Shown one piece after another: positions 36,649 through 48,612 of a DNA stretch of 64,000 nucleotides. Under the pieces are notes generated by a model. That model saw nothing but the letters and a program-made list of their open reading frames with translations, was not told where the DNA came from and searched no databases. Source of the stretch: Eremomyces bilateralis CBS 781.70 (Eukaryota); assembly GCA_010015585.1 (NCBI GenBank), contig ML975167.1; one strand, 5' to 3'. Each line of letters opens with the position of its first letter. The first letter of the stretch is position 1. Both the position numbers and the translations under genes were made by a program.

Positions 36649-39600
36649 GCGATATTATTCATTGCCATATTTTAGTAGATAAGGATGTCCATCAATAACC
36701 GAAGAGGGTAAAAGGCTTACCTAAGTTGCAGCCTTGTAGGGTTTAGTACTGTGCACGTGACTACTTACTATTATTCACACACCACCCATCACTTGAGGAA
36801 TAGGAATGTTATTATTGTGCTGAAAATTGGTAAAAGCTAATTAAATTATGTTTTCTTTACCTTTTGTTTTAAGGTATTTCGATAGGTACAATCGACATTC
36901 ATGTGAAGATTGGTCGAGGGATATGCAGAACCCCTCCGGCTTTGATTTGAGTTGAACACCTGCACCATGACTTCAAGTCTATTTACGCCGGTCCCATGCT
37001 ACTATGAAACTACTGTGGATATCTGTCGTGGATCACTGATACAAACCTACGTCAACAGGATGCAAAAGCTCCTCCTATTCATCCGCACAACCTCCATAGA
37101 GCAGACTACCGCAAAGGAACTTTTCGGAGACTCGGAGTCCGTTAGGTGTGGCACAGGCACGCGGGAATAGTAGCTTGGAGACTTCACATGGCAAGGTGTC
37201 GAGAATGATCACGAGTGGGGTTTGGACTTCTCTAACTGAGAAGCATTCATAGAAACCAATTTAGTCACAACAATAGGCGAGGAAAGCATCGCGGCAGTTA
37301 CGAAGTTCAGCAGTTGATGGCATGTTTCCTATGAAGCAAAGCTCCATCCATCCCTAAATAGGATCCACTCTTGTGTCAACATCACGACATCATCGATTCA
37401 TATTTCATTTTTTCCTCGAATCCCTGACATAGCGGCAGTGTCCGCCGTCCCGCCGTCAATGACCCCATATTCCCATATTTGCACAGCCGCAGTTCATGAG
37501 CAAGGAGATCGTTGCCCCCGAGGAGGAGACTAGGACTCTCTTGCATGATGTATCTTGGTAGGGGATGACGACTTGACAAATTGCTAATTCTCGAAGACCC
37601 CATCTCCTTGAGGCTTGATGATGGTCTCAGGCACCAAAGTCAGGAAGATGGAATCTTTGGATACGGCGCTGAGCGCTCCGTCCCCCAACTAGGATCGATC
37701 CAATGAGCATTTGACTTTCTGGCGGGAGGCTACATCATAGGATGTTATTGAATAATTGAGTTTTTGCTGATCGGGCGGCTGCATCTATCTCCCACAGTCC
37801 TAGCTATCCTTGAAAACCGACCAGCGATCGAGGATCATTGTAGTTGAATCCGGTCCGAAAGACAGCGGAGATGTTTCGAGTTTCGACATCAAGGTAGGTC
37901 TAGCGAACAGTGGAAGTCGGTCCACTTGTTTGATAATTTGATTCTAGGATTCGGTGATCTCAATGCAAATCGCATCGCACAAAAAAAAGAAAAAATTCGA
38001 TGGTCAACGCCACGATCTTCGGGGGCGGGGATCGGACTGGATGGAGGTTAGTCTTCACGCCACCACGATCATCCTACAACATCATCAGATCTCCCCTTCC
38101 TAGCGAATCTGCTGGTCTCCAACATCGCGAACAGATCTCGTACCACCTGAACTACGGACGCCCCGTTGCAGGTGTGAGATGAAGGCTGGACGATGGTGCG
38201 ATCGAGGCGGCTTGTATGACCTCCGACACAGCATGCGTGTAGGCCTAGGGGGCAGGCACCCTTCGAGCCTGGCAGCAAATTCAACAGGTAATCTATCTAT
38301 CAGGGGGAATCGCTTGCACGGTACAGCTGGATCGAGGAGATGTGGACAATCAAACCTCTGAGTGCAATTCGATGTCGTCAATTCCAATCTCGAGCCCCGC
38401 CTCGCTACCAAAGTTGCAGGAATATAGAGGAATAACATCTATAATATCAGCAATGTCCTTAATAGGTACCTACTTAACACTACGGCCAGGCCCCCTCCGT
38501 CAGCCTAGCAGTTGAAACAATCCCATCGAAGGCGCTCAACCGTGCAACGGAAGCCCAGTGGTCCGATCCAGCCGCACCCCAGTACTACTGCGCGCCGTAC
38601 GACCGCCGATCCAGGCAAAAGTGACGGCCGCGATATTGCAGCGCGTTGAGAGCTCTATGCATGTCTGAGCCTATATCGTACCGGACGGCTGGAAAATTGC
38701 GGATCCGTCAGCCTCGAGGGCCTCCTCGAAAGACATGGGATCATTGCGCGATTGCGGTGGGGGGTGGTGCTCGATTGCGGGACTTGTTGGTTGAGATGAG
38801 CTCAATCAATATCTGCGGATACATGGGATCGTTGTAGGGCATCGCTTAGAGTAAATCCCATCGCAGCGCTGTTCAGAGGCCTGGGCGTTGGTGCCTTGCG
38901 CTCTTGTCGCTTCGCATCCCACCGTCCTACCCCTTCATTCACGTCCCGGTTCCGCGCCCCAGGAAATATGTCCTCGCACCCAACTCCCAAGAGATGAAAT
39001 GGTACCATGCCCGAACGAGCTGACAGTTCGGGGTAGGTATGCGTCGTTGTTGGGGACTTGGGGTTGACAGCTCGAAAGGTTCGTCTAGGGCGGACCTCGA
39101 TAGATATCCTCGCTGTCACTCTCCATTTGATGCCTTGCACGCCAGCACAGGAAGGTTTCGGACAATGAATGGCTCGTCTGGACGCTAGGAGGAGGATGGA
39201 CGCCCCCACGACGATCCCATGAATGTGGTGAGCCTGTGCGAAAGCTGCGACGCTGCGCTGCAGGCTCAACGATGGAGGGATCGAGAGTAGAGACAGGGAT
39301 GGACCCAGGACGAAAGACGCCTTGAACGGACAGCAAATGGCAGAAGCACGATCACCACGATGATGGCACGATGGAACGAGACGAGATCCGATAGGATCAA
39401 AAAAATTTGATAGATGATTCGGACACTGCGTCCGCGGTAGTTGATGATATTTTCTGAGATAGAGATTCATTGCACCATTGGTGCCCGTTGAAACATGCAA
39501 TTTCCATGCCGCTGGAAAGCTTGAAACCCCAATTCAGGTTCCCCATCCAGACGTACCCAGCAAGGTACCGGACTTCCCACATGTGCGCCGCTAAAGTGTT

Positions 39601-40540
39601 CAACCTTCTCGCCGTTCCATAATCCAGCAAATCACCACGCGCGCTCCAGCTGAGGTAAGGACAAAAAAATGACACCGCATTGATGGTACACAAAGGCACG
39701 CAGCGAAAATCTTGCTGCGGTGCCCTCCATCCCGTAACAGTCATCCATGCAAGGCGCCCGTTCTTTCATGCGGTGGAAAACCACCACCGAACGCAGATCA
39801 TGCCATCGGAGGGGAAATTTCCGAACCCGTGCGCCCACGCCCACCACGCCCACCACGCAACATCAACAATCGAGAAATGTTGTAGGATTTTCCGGTGTAC
39901 AGGAATAAAGAAAAATGTGACGGGTTGAAAGACAACAAGGTAAAAAGACACCGAAGAAAATTCTTCGGTGCGACAGAGGCCCCCACAATGATTCGTGTCA
40001 CCACATCAAACCTGGTGAACGACGTGACGAACTGCGAGTCGTCGGAGATGAAAGACAAACAGACAACACTCGGCCCCACCATGGATGCTAAAGAAAAAGT
40101 CGGCTGACATGGACACCACCGAAACTTTTGGGGTTGCATGATACAATAAAATCAAAAGGAAAAGTGCCGGACCCCACGGGTAGTGGAGGTCGAAGATTGC
40201 GGGGGTGACCACCAAGGTAAGGGACTCCAGTTTGGAGGGAGTCCGTCCAATCAAGGTTCGGCGCCGGTCCCGGAAAAAATGCAAACAAATGTGGGATGGA
40301 TGCGATGCGTCTGTACGCGGCCGAGTGCAGGTGATGGGAGTTCCATCCGGATTGTAGCCGGTAGCGTGACCACGAGACCCATGAACCGATGAACGCCTTG
40401 TCAATGAACATGAACGTGAACGTGAACCGCATGACTTTTTCGGCTGTCCCCATCCGCCGATGACGCTCCCTCATCAAGCAACCGGCGAGATGGATTGCGT
40501 GATTCGATGCCGTCCGCGGGAGGAAAGCAGTCACGGGCCG

Positions 40541-41059
40541 CTACTGCACCGTGAATTTCCGCTTCATGTCACGCGTCTGGTCGAAGGCGCTGACATAGTC
40601 CCGGAGCTGGTGCATCGTGGACTCGGACAGACCGTATGCCTGGGTCGATGATGGGGCGGTGGAGGAACTCGAGAGGGAGGAAAGAGAGGAGCGGGAACTG
40701 GATGTGGAGAGGTGAGGTCGAGTCGATGTGGTTCGACTTGAGGATGATGGGGAGGTCGTGGTTGATGGTCGGGACTGAAATGAGGGCGTAGCGTCGTATG
40801 AGGGACGACGGAGAGCGGAGAAGTTGAGGGGAGGAGGGAGATGGAACCCATGTGTGGAGGAGGTGGAGGAGGAGGTGGAGGAGGAAGCGGAGTGTGATGA
40901 GGTGGAGGATCGTGAGCCGGTGTATTGAGGGAGATTAGAAGGTGAAGCTTGAGGTAGTAAACCCGACGTCTCGTCGGCCAAACGGCAGGCTTGTGAGCAG
41001 TAGGCACTGCCGGTGGTCTGTTTATCACAGACGAGGCAGAAGTCAGGACCCCACTCCAT
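40541..41059 (-). CDS. Ecl1-family (extender of chronological lifespan) zinc-binding protein
   Basis: N-terminal FCLVCDKQ..AYCSQACRLAD (CxxC..CSxxC Ecl1 signature), Ser-rich middle, C-terminal LRDYVSAFDQTRDMKR. Confidence 0.85.
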   Translation of the reverse strand: MEWGPDFCLVCDKQTTGSAYCSQACRLADETSGLLPQASPSNLPQYTGSRSSTSSHSASSSTSSSTSSTHGFHLPPPLNFSALRRPSYDATPSFQSRPSTTTSPSSSSRTTSTRPHLSTSSSRSSLSSLSSSSTAPSSTQAYGLSESTMHQLRDYVSAFDQTRDMKRKFTVQ

Positions 41060-44000
41060 GATGCTTGGTCCGATACGTTTGCAGATGTATGGGAAGGCTC
41101 GTAGTGGAGGACGGAACTAGAGACCGGGTATGGTGACGGATGAACTTGACACGGAGGGAGAAAAAGACCGAATGATATGAGGAGGACGAGATGGATGAGA
41201 CGCGAAGGATTGAGCCTTATGAGTGGAGGTCGACGGCAAGTCGCAAGCAAGCGTGTGCCTTATGACTTTGAACTGTGATGGCTGGACTAGCCCGATGTGG
41301 TGGTGCAAGACAGAAGACAGCAGATGACTGGAGAGTGGGGCGGATAGTCAGACTCTGGCACCCACATCTAATGATGTGTCGATCAGGTCTTATATCATGT
41401 ACGTGGAGAGAATGTGAAAGAGGGATGGCGTAAGAGAGTGAATGATTGAGGTGTGAGGTATGACGGTGGGATGGAAGAATTGCACGCAATAGGCCAACGA
41501 TGACAGTTCTTAGAAGTGCTGAAGATGTGTGGAGTCAATCTTCAACATGAGGACGAAAGTGGACTCGACTTGATACTTGTATGATTTGCAACCACCAGGT
41601 CCACGCAACATGACGGACGCGAGACTGCAGCGTGGTGGTCCGTTCTCCATTCTTGCGTCTTAGGACTTGGGGGAGTTTTCCTCATTCCTCGTCTGAGCGA
41701 CTGGGACTTGCGACGGGAGTCCCCACGGCCCACCAAGGATGCTGCAGTCTGCACAGAACTCTGCAGGCACGGGCAGAGAGGAGGCCAGAGGGGATGGCAT
41801 GCATGAAGGAGGACATGGATGTTTTGTCAGGGTGGTCAGAGTGTTTCCTCTTTCCTGAGGGAAATCCTGACTGCTGTTCCCATAACGGCATAAACCCACA
41901 CTATTCTGCCTTAGTGTGGCCTTTCCCAGTGATTATTGTAGAATGCCTGTCGGACCTAAAACTGGAGGCTGCAAGAATTGACATGGATGAGAAATCGAGG
42001 ATGGATGGCGCCAGCAGCGGCGTGGGTGCCTGTCTGCCTGTTGTCTGCAGACGTAAATTGTAATCCTGAAGTCGGCAAGTCGCTCTTACTGCTTTAAGCG
42101 CTAATTCGCCCCCTGTCGCCCCTCTAGGCTCTAACTTTTGCTGAGCGTTAGCGCCATGCACGCCAAAATTTCCCTGCTGACCAGCCTGACGCTGCCTGAG
42201 CCCTGAAGTGAGTGCCTGCTTGTCTGCTGTTTGCCTGCCCGCCTGCCTAACTGACCTGCCCTTTCTCAGCTCCCAGTCCTCACTTCTCACTTCTCACCCA
42301 GTACTCACTACTCACCCAATCTCTCACCACTGACCACTCACTCTATCCATGGTCCCCTGCCAGAGGGCGTGGGGGAATCTTCCCATCCTCTCTCAATCCT
42401 CTCCTCATCCTCTAACTCGTCCTCCTCTGCACCATCCTTCCCCTCTTTTGATCATATGTGCTTGATTATTTGCTCCCATTTCCTCCCTCCTTACTCCTCA
42501 CCCACGCCAACCACGAACCATGGAACCACTACAGTGCTGCACCATCTCGAAAGTGGGGTTGAATGTCGTCCCCAGTCCCTCACATACTGTACTGTGTATT
42601 ATTATGTAGGTGGGCTGTAGCATTGGAGTCTTTGGGAATTAGAATAGGACATCCTGGCTCCAATTTCCATTAACCGCCCCAAGCTTCTCCGTTTCAATGG
42701 AGGTGGCGTTAAGCACGCAACCCCCGTCGGGTCGCAAAGTTCGGTTGACGCTTCTCATTGTTTGCAGCCGCCCATCAGACACCATACGGAATGCCATGTC
42801 TGTTGCTGTAGGACTCCGCCACTCCCCCTAAGAATCCCGTACCACCTCCTGCTATTGTAAGTCCTCTTGGGTATCGGTTCATTCTTGACCGGGTCCTGCA
42901 ACTATCCCGCAGCGCGGCTTCTCCAGCATCTCTCGTCGCAATTGGACAATAGCCGTTGGAGTTTCGGAGGGGGCTGAGTAGTTCCATAGTGCTGGATCTA
43001 CATTCCTCCCGTCCCATCCCATTGGGGCCAGAGGTAATTTTCTGCGGACCGTTTCGTCCACATACATGAGCAGAAGAGGGGAACTCGAGCAAAATCCATC
43101 GTCTACTTGAGCGGTTTGCGCTCACTTGCCGCATGATTAGACGTCGCAGTTCCACCGTTCTCCCGTCGGTAGTATCAGAACAAGGGCACAGATTCGGGGT
43201 CAGGCGGCTATTCTGACCTCAAAGTCACAAACCGTGGAGGTAACTCCGGAGTGCTCACTAATTCTTGGAAGAGACCACAGGCTTGGACGGATGAACCACT
43301 CAAACGCGGGGTCTTTAATCAAACCGATCCCGCGAATGATGGTCGTCTAAATGCCACGCCTCCCAGCTGACAACCGCCTGGATGTCCAATTGCGTTGCAA
43401 TATTCGACCATTCATTCATCTATAAACTTCAGGCAGCCTAATAATACTGGTAGCGACGAGCAAGCAATAAGCGACTCAGGCAACAACCTTTACCTTCCTT
43501 TGAACGGCAATTTTCCGCCCGGTGGGCAGTGGAGTACACTTGGCCTCAACAGGCCAAACCCCGATCTAAGTCTCCGGTTGTCTGCAGCATTCCGCGGTGT
43601 CCTTTCCCGTTCCTATCCTCTGCCACGCCAACGGGACATTGCGATTTTCTCGAATAAACGGCGTAGTTCCAAGACGGTCGGCTGCATGATCTTTGAACCG
43701 CTCTGGATATTCGGGGTACACAAACAATGCTCGTTGATTGGAACTGGAGCGGCATTTGGGTTCCCAAAGTTCTTTCTATTCACGCCTTTGCGGATCGTCC
43801 AAACTCCTTGAAAGGCGGAAGATCAATGAGGACCTGGACCCGATTCAGGTCTGAGCTGAACTGATTGATCAATTGACGAGTTTCGGAGAAGCTAGCCCTA
43901 ACCATTTGCTCAACCGTTTTTTTTAAATCTCTCCGGCCTGATACCCTCCGCTGTGCGCTCTCCTTATGATGATGAGAGTCTGAGACACCAGATGCTAACT

Positions 44001-47000
44001 ACCGGCGAGAGACAAAGTCGTCTGATCGTCTCAAAGCTGGCCCTAAATGGATGCCTGTTATCGCCGCAGTCCGAACCGGGCATTCGTCAATTCGATCCTT
44101 GTTGGAAAATATCAATGTTTATCTTTTCGTCCCTAATAAACCCTCCCACTTTCTCCAAAAACCGCCAATTGTCAAATGAAGGTGGTTGCTGAAGCAGGCA
44201 ATATCCCATAAGCGAGGCCATCAGGGGCCGGATAAAGCACACTCCAATTATATGGCGGACGGGGTTGTCCATGGCGTTTTCCGCCGCGCTCACCCTCCCT
44301 CAGCGCCATCCGGTGCCTCCGGAGGGTCCCAGCTTGCGCCAGATCAGCTGCTAGCGAACGGACGTGTCCGCCGGGAGGACCACCTGAACCGCTGGAGGCT
44401 TGACGGCTTGACGCGGATCGGATCTCAATGGACAATTCTCATAGTTCACGAACTGACAACACGGGGTAAGCGGGACAAAACTGTAGGTTGCCGTGAGCAC
44501 GGGATCCATTGAGATTCACTAAATCGCCAGCTTTGTGTTTCCACGCCACGGAAGGACGGTGATGGGGTGGTGGTGCCTGGCTACTGAGCACTGTTTGCTG
44601 GCGTCCGATATCATCGCGCCATTTTAAACCTTGAAGGTTCGGAGACGGTGACACAAGCACGAAGCGAAGAAACAGTCGATGGATATAAACCCCCTTGTCA
44701 TTAACGGACGACGATATCGATTCCTTGGGGCGGACGATGCCAGGCACTGAGGCAGATGCATTCGTCCCCTCACTTATCGACCAAGGTCGTGATCAAAGGG
44801 GATGGATACCCTTGAAATCCGCTCCGAGGAGGGATGGTCCTCCCAGTCTCCCACTACGTCGTCCTTCTGTTTGATCTCGTACAATCCATTGGAATTTTCC
44901 TCAATTATCCCCACGTTCGCTCTCTGGCTGCGTCTACCTCGTCGCAAAGTCAGGGTCTCGAGTGGTTCGTCGCTCATGCAAGCTCCGGGATATCTCGCTG
45001 TACGCCATTCCATCCTGCACCTCGTTTCCCTTGGCAGGCCGTCCAGTCCATGCAGATGGCAGCATATCGAAAGCATACAGTGATTTCGCAGTCGAGATTA
45101 CGCTTGCAGAGGACGGGATGTTTGGGGAACGAATATTGCCCAGCGTCCGGATGCCGGTGTCTCGGGCGTGAGTATCCACACTCGAGCATAACTACGGCAT
45201 ACATGATACACTACCTATGCGCTCTATGCGCATCATCTATCCTAATATCCTAGTATACACTGTCAATCTGTCATACCTCCGCATCATGAACGGCGCTACT
45301 TCCATCGTTTGTTAGATCGTTATTGCGACTATATTGCGTGGGGATTGCGGAGGTAGCTAAGGCGACTAGTCTCTCATGTCGGATTGTCTATGGTCGATGG
45401 ATGTGGGATACCTGGAGTCCTGGACAGTATGGCAGGCTATCCCCTCACCAGTTCGCTACCTCCCCAGCTTCGGCGAAATATCGCTTATCATGAAGCTGGT
45501 CGCAATCATCAGAAGTCGGAATTATCTCTCTGCTCGATGCTTAATGCAAGTCAAGCGATTCCAAATTAGCATACCCTCAAACGCCCGTGCATCGCTCATA
45601 TCGGCGTGCCGATTGTCCCGTTCCTGGTCCCAGCGACCCCTGTGTCCCCTTCCCTTTCTCTAAACTTTCCCATCCTCTGCTTTTTTTTTTGTCGCCGTCT
45701 TGCGGTTTGGGCAATTTGGGACAGCGGAGGGCTCTGTCATTTGCCAATCCAGCATGAACATGGGGAAGCGGGACGCCCCACAGCTGGGTCTGCCCGTCTG
45801 GGGAAGAGATCATCAAGGCGCGAGCGGCCATGGGCAGCCCGCGGACCCGGCGGGATTGCGGGAATGGTGCTAATTTCGCAGCCAGTTCAGTACTCTGTAT
45901 CCACCACGGCTTTGGAGTTTGGGAGTTTGGCTAGGTTCTCGCGAACTGCTGTTGACGCCATGATTCATGAGTCCTGCAAGCAACCAGTTAGCCTACCCTA
46001 GCCTCTACCCTCTCCCTGATCGTCCAGGCTAATGAGAACATCATCATTAATGCCAAGATGGAGACTTTGGCTACAAAGTCTGGGGAACGGATACCGCCGT
46101 CGACATTCGACAGTCCATCTCCGGCAGTGGGAGATTTGCTCCCGCTAGTGGTGGAGTTACCCGGACCAGACAAAGAGGAGAGTTGCAAATTTGCAGAGGA
46201 TCGCTGTGCCATTGACAAACCACAGACAATCATCGCTACGTATCATCATCTCTTATTGAACTACTAACTTAACGAACTGCGGAACGACAGAGGTGAGACT
46301 TGCCACTTGGACCTTCAGTTGAAAATGATTGACCCCTTGACAATGCCACCATCGGTCCTCCACCAACCCTAACGTCCCTAGTTAGTAGCTAAGTCTCCTA
46401 TCGTCTATCGGCAACTCGATTTCCCGTCCGCCTTCCAAGCCATCATCTATTGTACCCGTGTGCATTCACCAGCAGCTGGTTGGAGCTCGCGCTACTACTG
46501 GGAAACTTTCCGTGTTTCGCTTTACCCCGCAAACTGCAACTGTCCATCACCGATTCACAGCCCGTGCGTCGCCAATCCACCCCCCCGCCCAGCGCACGAA
46601 TTCACGATGCCGACTTTTTTTGTTTGATCCTCGCAGGAGTCGAGCGGGGACACGAGAGAAAACTCGCTGTAGTCTCGAGTCATACAAATCGCAGGCTAAA
46701 CTCGGCTTGCAAATAGTTGCCCTCTCGTTAGTCGTCAATCGTCATGCATCAAAGTCACCCTGAACGTTGCCATGCGCAAGACAGCAAAACGCATGAGTGA
46801 TGCGCGTCGCCTCTTCACGTTGCGCCATGCACCTACGCGTTCAAGCGATCAGGATTCCAATGACCATATTTACCGCGCTGACGCCACGGGAAGCTACCGT
46901 TTTCGTTTCGAAGTGCAGAGTTGCGGCGATCTATGGGCATGGAAGTCTTATCGTTGGCCTGTTCGTCGGGATTTGCAATGGGAGGGCCCTCAAGTTTATT

Positions 47001-48612
47001 TTTCGGAGTTCGAAGCATTACGTCTCGATGCGGACGCATATCTGCATTGCCTCTCTCTGAGGACGATCTGGGCTGCGGGTGTTCAGACAACCATCTCCTG
47101 CTGCGTCTTCTTGAGGGGCGATGATGTGCGTAACTTGAATGGTTGATTTGCCCCCGCCATGTTTCAGTGCCAATACGTCCTCCGTACACCCTCTTCCTTC
47201 ATTTTGACCAGCCCTGAGTAGTATCGTCAGTAATCAGTCCTCGTGAACGACTCCTATTTAACCCTCTGAGTACTAGCTAGGGGAGGCTCTCCAGATCAAG
47301 GGCACACCTCTACCCCAAGTCGACCCCGCAGCCTTCCGTATCCAGTGGTCCAGGGCCGCCTTGCAAATGATCTACCAGGGTCTTGAGTTATCATCCCTTG
47401 CCATCCTTCACCTATCTTCCATCCTTGAGAGTTGCGACCGATTTCTTTGTCTGTAACTCTGGATTCTAGAGGGGTCCCTAGATGTCAAACCGTGGGGGTA
47501 TAGGTTCATTTCCTCCTTGCACCGTCCGGGAACACCGGACGAGCAGGAGCATGGGACAGTCGATCAGATGGACACCTGTGTGGAAGGCAATTCCCATTTC
47601 GATGGGATCAGGATTTCTGTACTCCACCCCCTTTCGTTCAGTCGGCGGAAATATCCCCGAGATAACGCCATTAGGCACGGTGAATGACTTGCTCATTTCA
47701 GACGTCCTTGCAGAATCGTATTGCGTGCGGGAGCGTTGGAAATCCGACTTTCGCATAATGCGCCCGTTACGATTGGTGTTACGTTGAACCAGTCACGCTG
47801 CCTTGAGTTCATCGCGATGCCGTGATGTCGCCTTGAACATGCATTCCACGACCTTCTCTCGAGCAATATACTTTCGTTTCCTAGAGCCGAGATACACGCT
47901 GATTTTCGGACTTCCGTCGCACCTGAGGTCACATGGCCGTTGTACGACCATCCAACGAACCGATGGGAGCTCGAAGGCCCGCGCTGCGGTGCGACATTGA
48001 AGCGTGTATGCAAACCTCCTGCTGCCGTGACCGCCTGATTTGGAAATCTTTATAGACGCGCGAGGCCGGACGGCGGTGCTAGTTAGTAGATTTTCCCCCG
48101 ACGCGGCGGCGTGACTGGTCGACGTTTTCTGCTTGCCACCACGCGAATCGCATTTCTTTTGTTCTGCGGTGCTTGAGCACGAGGGAGACGCGCCTCGGGT
48201 CCCAGTTTTTCGTCCGAGGGAGATCTTAGACCTACGTTGAAGTCGAACAACAGCGCGGTGAAGGGTTGGCAGTCACTCAGTGGTATCACTTGATGTCAGT
48301 GCTGTTGCCGGGTGTTGAAGATCTTCCGGACGTGGCTGGTAGAAGGCCCATATGTATGAACGTCCTCTAGATCGTCGTTCTGTTGCCATTGGTTATCGCA
48401 TTGTTGACTCTTCGAATCGTACGATGTTGCCCGGTGTGCTTTTCTGGTACCTCTCAGTTGACTGAGCAAATCCCAGATGGACATCATTGCATCGTACCCC
48501 TACAGCGTCGGAAGTTCTAGACAGAGCAAAATATATTCCTCATACCTCCGGTTTATCACTCATTCAGTCACCCATTTCGTCGAGTCCTGTCTGGTCGATT
48601 TCCTAGTGGGTA

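Noticed and set aside
36000..36900. AT-rich flanks of the tRNA as a possible RIP-degraded transposon
   Set aside because: No terminal repeats, target-site duplication or transposase/RT remnants are visible.
38802..39500. 232-aa minus-strand ORF
   Set aside because: No recognisable motif or codon bias and a non-ATG start; treated as a chance ORF.
44186..44512. Faint P450-like words (SEAIR..PVPPEG) in one frame
   Set aside because: Too short, interrupted by stops and lacking a heme-Cys motif; cannot be supported.
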